Assembly (NCBI RefSeq): GCF_009914755.1
Contig: NC_060936.1
DNA: 64,000 bases
From: the human T2T-CHM13v2.0 reference genome, Homo sapiens
Strand: one strand, 5' to 3'
The number at the start of each line of letters is the position of its first letter. Position 1 is the first letter of the stretch. The notes under the pieces were generated by a model, which ran no database searches, was not told the DNA's origin, and worked only from the letters and a program-made list of their open reading frames with translations. The position numbers and the translations under genes were made by a program. This document shows positions 51,190 to 64,000 of this stretch, piece after piece.

Positions 51190-52966
51190 AAAAAAATCAT
51201 AAATGATAAAGGTGACATTACAACTGATACCACAGAAATGCAAAATATCATTAGAGACTACTATGAACATCTCTATGCACACAAAGTAGAAAAACTAGAG
51301 AAACTAGATAATTTCTGGAAACATACAACCTCCCAAGATTGAACCAGGAAAAGTGGAAATCCTGAACAGACCAATAATGAGTAATGAAATTGGATCAGTA
51401 ATTTAAAAATCTACCAATAAAAAAAATGAGGACCAGACAAATTCACAACTGAATTTTATCAGACATACTAAGGACTGGTACCAATCTTACTGAAACTATT
51501 CCAAAAAATCAAGGAAGAAGAATTCCTCCCAAACTCATTCTATGAAATCCATATTATCCTGATACCAAAATCTGGCAAGGACACAACTAAAAAAGAAAAC
51601 TACAGGCAAATATCCCTGATAAACATAGATCCTAAGATCCTTAACAAAATACTAGCAAACTGAATCCAATAGCACATCAAAAAGATAATCTATTACAATC
51701 AAATAGATTTTATTCCAGGAATGCAAGGATGATTCAACATATACAAATCAATAAATATGACTTACCACATAAACAGAATTTAGAACAAAAACCATATGAT
51801 TATCTTAATAAATGGAGAAAAAAGCATTTGATAAAATTCAACATCCACTCATGATGAAAACCCTAAAAAAACTAGGCATTGAAGGGATATACCTCAAAAT
51901 AATAAGAGCCATATATGACAAACCCACAGCAAACATCATACTGAATGGATAAAAGCTGGAAGCATTCCCTCTAAGAACTGGAACAAGACAAGGATGTCCA
52001 CTCTCACCACTCCTCTTCAACACACTACTGGAAGTCTCAGCCAGAACAATCAGGTAAGAGAAAGAAATAAAATGCATCCAATTGGAAAAAAGGAAGTAAA
52101 ATTATCTATGTTCACTGATGACATGATCTTATACCTAGAAAAGCCACAGGTGTCCTCCAAAATACTCCTAGACTTGATAAACAAGTTCAGTAAAGTTTCA
52201 GTATATAAAATGAACATACAAAAATCAGTTGCATTTCTATATATCAGCAACATTCAGGAAGAGAACCAAAGCAAGAACTCAATCCCATTTATAATAGCCA
52301 CATACAAAAAATACCTAGGAATATATTTAAACAAAGAAGTAAAAGACTTCTACAAGGCGAATGACAAAACACTGATGAAAGAAATTGTAGATGACACAAA
52401 CAAATGAAAAAGCATCCCATGCTCTTGTATTGGAAGTCAATATCATTTAAAAATAACCATCCTGCCTAAAGCAATATACCAAATCAATGCAATTCCTATC
52501 AAATTACCAACATTATTTTTCACAAAATTAGAAAAAACAGTTCTATGACTCATATGAACCAAAAAACAGCCCAAATAGCCGATGCAATCCTAAGCAAAAG
52601 AACAAAGCTAGCATCATATTACCTGTTTTCAAACTATACTACAAGGTATAGTAACCAAAACAGCATGGTACTGGTGCAAAAATAGACAAATGGAACAGAA
52701 TAGAGAACCTAGAAATAAAACCACATACCTACAACCAACTAATTTTCAACAAAGTCAGCAAAAATAAACAATGTGGAAAGGACACTGCCCTATTCAATAA
52801 ACAATGCTGGGAAAACTGGCTAGCTATTTTCAAAAGAGTGAAACTAGATTCCTATCTCTCACCACATACAAAAATTAACTCAAGATAGATTAAAGAATTA
52901 ATATAATACCTGAAACTATAAAAACCCTAGAAGAAAACCTAGGAAAAACTCTTCTGGACGTTGGTC

Positions 52967-53106
52967 AGCATTTAAAACCTAAGTGCAGCTGCTTTACGGA
53001 GGAATGCTGCCTCTAGGATGCAGAGCCTGCCCTTTATCAGGCTGAGCTGGGGTGGCTCTGGGCAGAGGGCACAAGATACTGCTCCACCCCTGAATGCAGC
53101 CCTCTC
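52967..53106 (-). other. Inverted templated copy of 54802-54943 inserted in L1 ORF2
   Basis: The reverse complement aligns without gaps at ~85-88% to the downstream unique element; L1 sequence continues on both sides. Confidence 0.95.
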
Positions 53107-54599
53107 GCCAAATAATTTATGATTAAGACCTCAAAAGCAAATGCAACAGAACAAAAATAGATGAATGGGACCTAAACGAGCTTCACCACAGCTGAAGAAA
53201 CAATCAATAGAGTAAACAAACAATCTACAGAATGGGAGACAATATTTGCAAACTATATATGCAGCAAAGGACTAATATTCTGAATCTATAAGGAACTCAA
53301 ACAAATCAACAAGAAAAAAAAAAACCTCATTAAACAGTAGGCAAAGGACATGAAGAGACACTTCTCTAAAAAAGACATGCAAGAGGCCTTGTTGGCATGA
53401 AAAAATGTTCAACATCACTAATCATAAGAAATGCTAATTAAAACCACAATGAGATACCATCTCACACCAATCAGAATGACTATTAATAAAAGTCAAAAAA
53501 TAACAGATGTTAGAATGCAGAGAAAAGGGAATGCTTATACACTATTGGTGGGAATGTAAATTAGTACAACCCCTGTGGAAAACAGTATAGAGATTTCTCA
53601 AAGAACTAAAACTAAAACTACGATTTGACCAAGCAATCCCACTACTGAGTATCCACCGAAAGGAAAAGAAATTGTTATATCAAAAAGTTATCTGTACTTC
53701 CATGTGTATCATAATAGTATTCATAATAGCAGTCATGGAATCAATCTAAGTGTCCATCAACAGTTAAAGAAAATGTGGTGTGTATACTAGAATACTATGC
53801 AACCATGAAAAAGAATGAAATCATGTCCTTTGCAGCAACATAGATAGAGCTGGAGGCTATTATCCTAAGTGAAATAACTAAGACACAGAAAATCAAATAC
53901 CACAAGTTCTCACTTGTAAGTGGAAGTTAAACACTGGGTATACATAAACATAAAGATGAAAATAATAGAAACTGGGGACCCCAAAAGGGTGGAGGGAGGA
54001 AGGAAGAGAAGGACTGAAAAATTACCTTTTGGGTAGAATGTTGACTGGGTGATGGATTCACCAGAAGCTCAAATTTCACCATTACACAATATATCCATGT
54101 AACAAACCTGCACATGTACCCCTTGAATCTAAAACAAAATAGTTTTTTAAAAGCAGCTTAAGCATAAAATTTAGAACCAGGAGGAAAATTTAAGTAATCT
54201 CTATCAGCCTCATTATTTAACAGATAAAGGAGCTGGGACTCAAGTAACTGAAAAGACCAATTCAAGGTTATACAGTTTTTTGGGACAGAATTGAGTCTAA
54301 AACTCAGGTTTTCTAAAACCTAGTCATTAAAAAGTCCACTATTTCACTGATAATGTTTGCTATAGCATGCAGAAGAAAGTCATTTGGGGCCGACTTATGT
54401 TTGTAGCACTTTAAATTGAGATGAAAGAAGTCCCCTGCCATTCCATGTAGCACTAAATACATGCTCCACCAGAAAGGCAAAGCGTTCACAAAACGATTTG
54501 CTTATTCAAGGCCAGGGATTTCCTCAAAACATGCCTATGACCCACTACAACCCTCATTTGCAAAATCCAGGAGAATTCATACTCAACATCCATGTTGAG

Positions 54600-54950
54600 G
54601 AGGGCGCACTTACGCCTCCCAAGGCAGCCTGCCCTGCTTCTGTTCAAATAGAGCTTCCTTTTGTTGACAGCAATTGCGCCAGCTGAGCGACTCTTTTGAG
54701 CCACACAACAAAAAGACACGAAAAGAGGCAGCTTTCAAGATATAATCTATGGGTAAGACCACCCCTTCCCAGGCAAGCGGGGAGGCTGTCAGCTGTCGGC
54801 CGGCCGCGGGACTGCATTCCAGGGTGGAGCAGCAGCGTGTGCCCTCTGCCCAGAGCCACCCCACCTCAGCCTGATAAAGGCCAGGCTCTGCGTCCTACAG
54901 GCGGCATTCCTCCGCGAGGCAGCTGCGCTTAGGTTTCAACGCGTCCCATT
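54600..54950. promoter_or_regulatory. CpG-retaining promoter/enhancer-like element
   Basis: GC-rich unique DNA (gtcggccggccgcggg), TGATAA GATA site at 54872-54877, several CAGCTG E-boxes, donor gg|gtaaga at 54752/54753. Confidence 0.55.
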
Positions 54951-55719
54951 GTACTGTTGATTTAATGAGGCCTCTCAGGCACTGTGTTTGTAAATGACAG
55001 TCATCATAATGCCAAAGCCCCAGAGACACAGACATCTCGGTGTTCTGCCCTCTGAGAAGCTTGAACCATTAAAAGAAATTTGTTTTAATTTAAAAATAAA
55101 ATATAATCATAGTAACACCCACATTACCCTCTGGTGGATTTTATTAATTCTCCTCTGGTCCAGACAAGTCATTATGGCAAATAAGAGTATAAACTTTGGA
55201 GACAGAAACAAGTCCTGACTTCACACCTGCGATTTGTGACAAGTTATTAAGCCACTTTGAGCCTCTATTTTCTAAGTCATAAAAAGGATATTAAAATCAT
55301 ACCTTCCTCAAAGTGCTACTGGAAGGCTAAGATAATAAATGGACAACACTCAACATGGCTCCTGGTAAATATATGTGATACTGAAAAACAATAGCCCAAA
55401 ACGATTTTATGTATCACTATTACCTAAACTTCCTCTTTGCCTTTCTGTACCAGGTCAGCGAAAATAAGTTGCTATTTGGAAAGTGTGATTAGAGCAGTGA
55501 TTGGCACATGATAAATGATTTATAATTGTCAGCTATTATTGTTGTTGTTGTTATTATTATTGAACAAGAAACAAACTACAGAGCCTTTGGAATCAGAACT
55601 GAATTGATTTGACCCATTTGATTAACTAATGGAATTCTCGGTTCTGAAATTTTGAGAGGAAAAGGAAGATGAAACCTTACAAGGAATGGAGATGGAGTAT
55701 GGTCAGCAATAAGCTAGAC

Positions 55720-55905
55720 CAGAGACAGACAAACTAGCACCTAGAGGGCAAATCCTGCCCACTCCCTATTTTTGTAAATAAAGTTTTATTGAAGCTTTTT
55801 GCATTATAGTTACAGAGTTGAGTCATTGCAAAAAAGACTTATGACATACAAAGCCTGAAATATTTACTCTCTTACTGTTTACAGAGAAAGGTTCTTGAGC
55901 CCTAG
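55720..55905. mobile_element. MER58A-like element
   Basis: gggcaaatcctgccc...tttttgtaaataaagttttattg...aaagcctgaaatatttact. Confidence 0.8.
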
Positions 55906-56869
55906 GCTAGGAAGAAATAAACAGGCCTAAAACAGCATCTGGCACATAGTAGGTCATCAGTAACTATTTGTTTTTAAAAATTCACAAATTGAATAAATGA
56001 CTAGGCAGGAAACAGCTGATTTATCATTGGTTCTGACCTATCCAGGTCTTCATGAAGTTACGACCACTTCATACTGATGTGTCAGCTCTATTATTGTCCT
56101 GGGGAATTCTTTGAGCCATTGTTGGGAGTGAATAGGGCATAAATATCACTTGTAAATCAGACACAATGGTACTGAGTTCCTGATAGTCGGCTCCAAGTGT
56201 TGCATGCTTTGCCTGATTCAAGCAGGAGAGGGAGAGAGGAAGCTAGTAATTGCAGAAAATACATTGAACTTTATATTGAGATAATATGAAGAGTAGAGAG
56301 CAAAGGGGACAGACCGTAGTCAAAGACTCTAAAATAGTACATTTGTCTCTAGTTGTCGCAAAGGAAACAGATATATCTGATCCCAATCCTGCTTAACTCT
56401 ACAGAGTATAATTTTAAAAAGTGGACCTCTACATTCAGAGAGGTCAATCAATGAGCAAAGAACAAAAACAAGAAAAAAGCTGGAGTTCAGATTTGGTTAG
56501 GGTTTGGGTTGGACTATATTCTTAGAACATAATTGTCTGCTGAAACTTCTGCCAAAGTTCCTAGTTCAAACGTGAATGCCTGGCCATCTCCCTTTGATCT
56601 CTGTATCTACCCACAGAGCTTAACACATCGCCTAGTACACAGGGGGCCTTGAGCAAGACCAGATGAATGAGCAACTGGAATAAGTCCTCAAAGGCGTCAA
56701 AGAAGTGGTAGACCAGCTGTCCCAGATGACTACTGGGCAGTAAAGTCAATGTCTGATGATGTCTTTGCCTAAGTCTGCAGTTTGACTCCTGGCTTCATGA
56801 CTTGCCCTAATAATTTGTCATTGACTTCCTAGCAACTCTCTCACCTTCTCTTATTAGTAACTTAAATTT

Positions 56870-57752
56870 TGTCTGATAATTAGCCCCTTTGCCATTCTCA
56901 GCTGTGTGGTTTGGCTAATCACTCCTTTCCAGTCCCAGAGATGGATCCCAATTGGTTTTCATATATCCCATCCCTCTAGTCACATTGGTAATCTATTTTA
57001 CAAGAAAAACACCATAATCTGCATGGCTTTATTATCATAGGTGTTTATTTCTTATTCATATGAATGGATCCCAATTGAATGACCCTGTTCCATGCAGTGA
57101 TTCTGGGACCCAGGCTCCGTCTATTCGGTTGATCCACCCATCTTAAACATGTGGTTATGGTTCCAAGTATGCCCTGGGAGTCATCTTCACTCCAGTCAGC
57201 CAGAAAGGAAAGAAAGCATCAGAATCATGTCACTTCTGTCCACATTTATTAGCCAGAATTTTGTCACATGGCCAAATCTAACTGCAAGGGAGGTTGGGAA
57301 ATGCAGTCTAGCTTCTGCAGAAGGAAGGATAACTTGATTTGGTAAACAGTGAGTTAGTCTGTGCCACAGATGGGCATTAAACTTAATCAGAGCCAATAAT
57401 GCATGAAGATAGGTTTGCTGGGGATTCTGGGGAAAATAATCATTGCATGAAAATATGTTTACTAGGGATTATTTTCCCCAGATTTGCAAACTCTCTTTTC
57501 CCATTGATTGGGTGAAGGGAGGAAGTGTCCCTTAAATCCTGAGGGCTATCGAGTAGCCTGAGCATGGAGCCAACCTGGAAGAAGCAGAGCTGAGACACAG
57601 ATACTGAGGACATCATTCAAAGCCTGAGTCAAACCGTGCCTGAAGCCAGACCTATCTCTGAATTTTTCATTTGTGTGAATCAATAAATTCCCTTTTGGTT
57701 TATGCCAGTGACTTGGGTATTCTCTCTCTTGCTACTAAAATTGTCTGAGTTA
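56870..57752 (+). mobile_element. Old MLT1 LTR with a second MLT1 nested in reverse (~56975-57369)
   Basis: gtgcctgaagccaga...caataaattcccttt; inner element ttgtcacatggccaaatctaactgcaagggaggttgggaaatgcagtc. Confidence 0.7.
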
Positions 57753-57829
57753 TATCATTATTGTCAGCCATCAATGAACTCTACCCTCCTCTCCTCCCAA
57801 TTCTGTTGATGGCAAAGAGGCAGCAAAAG

Positions 57830-58055
57830 GAAAGATTAAGAGTTCAGAATCTGCAGCCAAAGAACCTAGATTTGAACCCCAAACTACAGCGCTTGTCCTT
57901 AGGCGTGTCATATCTTTGTGCCTCCATTTGTCCATAGATAAATGAGAAATAATAATAGTACCTACCTCATAGGATTGTTGAAGATGGATGAGGCAATTTA
58001 TGTAAGTGCTGAGAATATGCATGACACTTAACACAACTATAGAAATACTTACGGT
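57830..58055 (+). mobile_element. MIR
   Basis: aataataatagtacctacctcataggattgttg. Confidence 0.8.
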
Positions 58056-58689
58056 TGTTACTATGCAGATGAACCAGAGCTATGTTGCTTCTTTTGCCCT
58101 CACTTCAGCCAAAGAAGGCATCTCCCTTTTCAGCTCTGTGATGTTTCCCCTCACCTCTCTCCTCCTTCCCTCCTTCTCTTGCCTCTCAAACCCTCTTTTC
58201 CTCCACGCTTGCTCTTCCTCCTATCTTACTGGCATGGACTGTGGGGAGGAAATTATTATTTCACTACCCAAAACAAATTGGTTGGCTCACCCTGGATAAA
58301 ATGAACTTTCTGGACCCTAGAGATGCCATGTATTAGCAACCAGAGAGACACACAAGCGTAGACAATCAAAGACCCAAAGCCACATTTCCCAGGTGTAACT
58401 GAAAACTCTCCCTTGGAAGGTGACAGGAGGGGACCCAAGTGCAAAGTTCAGAATGCCCTCTTCATGCTACTAAAATGTAACTGGCATGAACTGCTCCACA
58501 AACCAGAAGCAATTGTTTATTGTCTTAAATCACCTCCCTAGGCCCCATGAACCTTATTTGACAAGAAATTCAGTACCTCTTTTTAGACAAGTACACCTCA
58601 CCCCACCTTTGGAGAGTTGACAAACCCTAAGGGATTGTACAGTCCGAAAGGGGTTTAAATACAGCTCCCCTGCAAAGGCTGAGAGAAAA

Positions 58690-59230
58690 ACGGGGTGGAG
58701 TGCTGTCATTGCCCCTTGCCACCACACGAGGTCACTGTTAAGGACAGATGCTGCCATAGTGCCCTCTGGTCCCCGCTCCAGCACTGGAGGTTTCCTGGTT
58801 CTCTGAGGGAAGCCCGCCCTTGTGCCAAGTGTAACTAAGGGCGCCTGCTTTTCGGATGGGCGCTTTCAGTTCACACGCAGCGCCGCCTTCCAGAACGTCC
58901 GCCAACCCCAGGCTCACCAAATCAGGATTCACTCTTTCAACTAACTCTGCAGGAACAGAATCACCGTCCACCATTTCCCTGACAACTTTACCATTTTAAA
59001 AAGCGGTTGCATTCTAGCCCCCTTCCCCCCTGAGGGTGAAGTGCCCTTCGACGGGCCATTGCCCTCTGTGGTTCCAGGAGGCACCTGTCCCGCTACAGAG
59101 AAAGGAAAACAACACATTTAAAATCAGGCAGCTGGTCCCACCACATGGTAGTCAGTCTCCTGCTAACTCCTCCTGGGCAGAAAGGGAAGTGAGAGAGGAC
59201 AGGGAATGAGGCATCTGCAGCGCGACTTCT
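58690..59230. promoter_or_regulatory. CpG-rich promoter/insulator-like element
   Basis: About 10 CpGs in 58810-58970, GC box cccgccc at 58813-58819, ETS-like ggaagt, partial CTCF-like motifs. Confidence 0.5.
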
Positions 59231-59286
59231 GCTCCCCCAGCCACACCCATGGTTTTTGTCTGTGGGCTCTCACTCCAAGAAATTGT

Positions 59287-59651
<365 letters not shown>

Positions 59652-59924
59652 TTATTTTTCCTAAAGTCTATTGACCTTCCTTTTTGGACTGCACAATCCC
59701 CTGGGGTGTGGACTATTAGGGGTGGCTCGTACGCCTTTAAGAGCAAAATCAGCCATTACTCAAAGACACTTCATCTTTTTTTAACTTTTGTTTTCTGCCT
59801 AATGTTTCCCAAAGCATGAAGTAAGTGCTTTTTCCCATTATATTTTTTTCAATAACCTCTATGCATACAAAATTTAGATAATCATTAAAATATGCAAGGT
59901 ATTATATTAAATGCTTGAAATCAG

Positions 59925-60227
<303 letters not shown>

Positions 60228-60534
60228 CTTGAAGTAGATGTATTCTTTAAGAGTAGGATTGATTAATCAGATTTTTGCTTTTTCAGCTACCAGAGAGGGT
60301 TTTTTTCTTGTTTATCCTTCCCACAGTTTCTACTGTTCTGTCTTCCTCTCTCATTTTTTTACTCTTTTTACCCTCTTGATCCTTCAATTTTTTTGCTACT
60401 GTGATTGTTAGCCATATTAAACTGAAATGTTTTAATCAATGTATTTATTTAATAAAATGTAATATTGTCTGTTCTTTAAGAAATTGCTTTAGTGGAACTT
60501 TTTTCTACAGTAAAGACACAAAAAAAATACCAAA

Positions 60535-61540
60535 GTAATAAAATGTATGAGCTAAAACTATAAAACTTAGGCATAACATAACAGAAAAGTCTTGTGACAT
60601 TAGATTTGGCAATGATTTCTTGAATACAATGCCAAAAGCAGAGGCAACAAAAGTAAAAATAAATTGTACTTCATCAAAATTAAATACTTCTGTGCAACAC
60701 GGAACACTGTCAGCAGAGTGAAAAAGCAACCCACAAAATGGGAGAAAATATTTGTAAATCATATGCCTGATGAGGGATTAATTCACAGAATATATAAAGA
60801 ATTCCCATAACAAAAAACAACCAGATTAAAAAATGGGCAAAGGATTTTATTAGACATTTTGCTGAAGAAGATATACAATAAGCACATAAAAAGATGTTCA
60901 GTATCATTGATCATTAGGGAAATGCAAATCAAAACCACAGTGAAATACCACTTCACATCCATTAGGATGGCTACTTTCAAAATACAAAAGGTTGGCAAGG
61001 ATGTGGAGAAATTGGAACCCTTGTGCACTGTTGGTGAGAATGTAAAATGGTACAGCCACTGTGGAAAACAGTACAGTGGTTCCTCAAAAATCAAAACATA
61101 TCCTTACCATGTGATCCAGCAATTCCATTTTCCAGGTATATACCCAAAATAATTGAAAACAGAAATGCAATGAGATATTTGTACACCAGTGTTCTAGCAT
61201 TATTCACAAAACTAAAAAGACATTCTACTAAGTGAAGTAAAAGAACACAAAATCACATATATCATATGATTCCACTTACATGCAGTACCTCAAATAGTCA
61301 AATTCATAGACACAGAAAGTGGAATGGTGGTCGCCAGCATCTGGGGGAAGGGAGAAGAAGGACTTACTGTTTAACGAGTACAGAATTTCAGTTTGGAAAG
61401 ATGAAAAAAACCTGGAGATGGATGGTGGCAATGGTTGCACAACAATGTGAATGTTTTTAATGCCATCAAACTGTACACTTACAAATAGTTAAAATAGTAA
61501 AATCTGTGTTGTATATATTTTACCACAATAGAAATAGAAA
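60535..61540 (+). mobile_element. L1MB-type ORF2 end and 3'UTR with an internal deletion
   Basis: [20 protein letters not shown]...[14 protein letters not shown]; 3'UTR ggagatggatggtggcaatggttgcacaacaatgtgaatg. Confidence 0.9.
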
Positions 61541-61867
61541 AGAAAATGAATTGCTTTTTGACTTATGTATCCTTAAATTATATTTTCTTAGGTTAATCGT
61601 CCTCGAAGAGAGAGAGAAACAAAAGAAAAATGAAAAAAGGAAAGAAATTTTCTCCACAAAGACTCAGAAAAGCTACAATCCTAAGAAGTCAAAACTATAA
61701 TCGGCTTGAGTTGAAGAATCCAAGGATCTTTACAGTTTTGTGACCTGTCCAAGGTTACACAGCTCACCTTTTCATTTTGCACTGGGCCCAAGTTATGTAG
61801 CCAGCCTGCTTAGAGATCTCTACTTACCCCAGTTTTCTGATTTATAAAACAAAAATAATAATAATAT

Positions 61868-62245
61868 TGTTAAATTAAATGAAGCCTAAAGCTGCCTCCC
61901 TATGTATTTTTAATTTGGCCTAAAGGTTTCTTCGTACAGAGTGAACTATAACCTGACTAGATGTGTGATCTACTCTTGTGCCAATCATCAAGTTTTAACC
62001 AATCGAAGGGAGCCAACTGCTTAAACCATGTTCAAATAAGGCAAATGTCCAGCTGTAACCACTTCAGCTGTTTCTGTGCCTCACTTCTGTCTTCTACACA
62101 TCACTTTCCTTTTTCTATCCATAAATGTTTTTTGATCATGCAGCAGCATGAAGTTGATCTGAACCTACTTTGGTTTGGGAGACTGCCCAATTCGTGAATC
62201 AATTAAACTGTTAAATTTAATTTGTCTAAGGTTTTTCTTTTAGCA
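61868..62245 (+). mobile_element. MER57-family ERV1 solo LTR
   Basis: tgttaaattaa...gcctaaagctgcctcc...ggcctaaaggtttc; ends aatttgtctaaggtttttcttttagca. Confidence 0.88.
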
Positions 62246-62329
62246 GTAGGTTCCCCATAGGAGATTTGAGAAGATTAAATAGTAAAATAGATGGAAACTG
62301 AAGAGCACATGACAATTACTTCTAAATTT

Positions 62330-63140
62330 ACCCAACAACAATGTGTTGATTGGCTACTGTGGAGCAGGCACTGTTCTAAGCACTGGAGAAATGCTGTGGA
62401 AAGTTCCTCTCATGGACCTTACACTTCCGTTAGGGAAGATTGACAGTAACAAGATACCATTACATTCTATCACATAGAATACGTACTATGAGGAGAAAAT
62501 GGAGGGGTGCAATGCAGCAGCTTAATGACCACATCAGCTTGAGTAATCAGGAGTGACTGGTCCATGAGGTGACACTTAAATGATAACTGATGCCAAGGAA
62601 GGAAGAATCAATCATGCAACAATCAGAAGGAAGAGCATTCCAGGCATAGGGAACAGCTAGTGAAAATGCCCAAAATGAGAATTAACTCTGCGTTTGAAAG
62701 ACACAGAATAAAGGCAGGGTGGGTCTAGCAGAGTAGCTTATAAACTGTTTCAGGATGAAGCCAGAGAGAAGATTCAGGTTTGATAAAACCAAAAACCACA
62801 GACAAGGAGTTGGTGCTTGATTCCAAGCCATGGGAGAGTTTTAAGCTGGAAACACTTGGTCTGACATGTATCTTTAAAGATAATTCTGATGACTGTTTGC
62901 AGAATGAATTTTAGGAGGCAAAGTGGAAGCAGGCAGGTCAAGTAGGATGCTACTGCAATAATATAAGCAACAGATGATGGCTTAGACCAAGGGGGGAGGG
63001 GCAGGGATGTAGAGAAGTGGTTGGATTCATGATAGGATTCTACCTATTGAAGGTAAAATCAATAGGAATTTCTGATATTGGTGGTGAGAAAAATAGATCA
63101 CTCTTGAGCAATTGGATGGATAAATGTTCACTATGACTAT
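62330..63140 (-). mobile_element. L2
   Basis: caggcactgttctaagcactggaga; gaagagcattccaggcatagggaacagc; gctactgcaataat. Confidence 0.85.
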
Positions 63141-63862
63141 GTAAATACCAAATCATTAATCTCTGCCCACTATGAAATAACATCCTAACCGGAAAAGTGT
63201 CCTGGGTATGGTGAGCCCCCAGTACATGTTGATTGATTGAACAACTGAATGAATGGGGGAGGGAAGATGCTGAAAGGGAAGTTGAGCGGGGAGCTGAGGA
63301 GAAACTTTGCCTACTTTACAATTTTGCTTAGAGCCAGACCTGCTGACTGGTCTCCATAAAAAGGAAAAACAAAAATCACCAGAAAAGAAAGTTTGCTGTG
63401 TGGAAAGATTTAAACTAACAAAGGAAAAGGAAAGGGCCATGAGGGCAGGGAGACACATGTTTGGACACATCCCCTGCTTGGAAGGCTGACTCCTGAAAAG
63501 ACCAGTATCTGATGAGTGTGCAGGAAACCCTATTGCCCTGTCAGTTCCTACTAACAACCGGGTGCATTTATGTCTCCTCTCAAAGCATGAAGCAGAGGAA
63601 CCAGAGAGGGTGCCAGGGCCAAGTAAAGGCATGGACATATATTCATTGGCCCATCTGGCCCTCTCTGCAGGATGGGAAGCATTAAACAGAGGCAGCACAC
63701 TGGCTCTGTGTACATCCTACCTAGAGACAGAAACATTTCAACTGAAACTGACAGTCTCTTGAAACCCGGTATCTGATTCTCACAATAATAACCCTCCTAA
63801 AAAATTCAGTCCCCAAGAAATGGCAATGGACTGAAAGAGTGCCTCTCTATGAAGATTAAAAC

Positions 63863-63969
63863 TTTAGAATGTTTTCTAAAAATATTTTAAAAGTTTAGAA
63901 GATTTTCTAAAACTATTCTAAACGTTTAGAAGATTTTCTAAAAATCTTCTAAACGTTTAGAATATTTTT
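63863..63969. repeat. 31-bp tandem repeat (~3.4 copies) built from palindromic halves
   Basis: Unit tttagaagattttctaaaaMtMttctaaacg; unit junctions form ttctaaacgtttagaa. Confidence 0.93.
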
Positions 63970-64000
63970 GTAATCATGAACAGTGCTAAACAGGTATGTG

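Larger units (their letters stand above)
46946..54152 (+). mobile_element. Near-full-length decayed L1 (L1PA16/L1PB age): 5'UTR, ORF1 (~48.88-49.91 kb), ORF2 (~50.0-53.85 kb), 3'UTR
   Basis: ORF2 fragments HGTLSTIDHMFDHK...NHSGIKLEI (endonuclease) and VKLSMFTDDMILYLEKP (RT); 3'UTR ends tatccatgtaacaaacctgcacatgtaccccttgaatctaaaa; many stops and frameshifts. Confidence 0.93.

Noticed and set aside
50000-53860. Active L1 ORF2
   Set aside because: Broken into short fragments; catalytic motif reads FTDD instead of FADD; interrupted by an insertion
63156-63698. 180-aa minus-strand ORF, the longest in the track
   Set aside because: No homology I recognise, non-ATG start in the sequence, and composition typical of random antisense reading
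63863-63969. CRISPR-like array or heat-shock element array
   Set aside because: No unique spacers, eukaryotic context, and GAA/TTC spacing is not the nGAAnnTTCn pattern

Overview
This is primate, almost certainly human, non-coding DNA, as shown by AluJ/S/Y, THE1/MST and L1PA/PB elements. Over half of it is interspersed repeat: about 13 Alus, about 20 solo LTRs (many with intact TSDs), a near-full-length decayed L1 (~46.9-54.15 kb), a Tigger3/Golem transposase fossil (24.55-26.46 kb), and L2, MIR, MER and MADE2 fragments. I find no supportable intact protein-coding gene, tRNA, rRNA or CRISPR array. Most ORFs in the track are repeat-derived or of chance length. Unique, CpG-retaining patches at ~13.4-13.9, 16.0-16.3, 54.6-54.95 and 58.7-59.2 kb look like regulatory elements or lncRNA exons. 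The most unusual signal is a set of locally templated duplications. (1) A ~140-bp inverted copy of the CpG-rich 54.8-kb element sits inside L1 ORF2 and has lost nearly all its CpGs. (2) A fold-back with 114-bp arms lies at a TA microsatellite (6.64-6.96 kb). (3) A ~120-bp copy of a neighbouring MST LTR is inserted into an older LTR. I do not see a new multi-gene system. Repeat subfamily names are from recognition, not RepeatMasker, and boundaries without a stated TSD are approximate.
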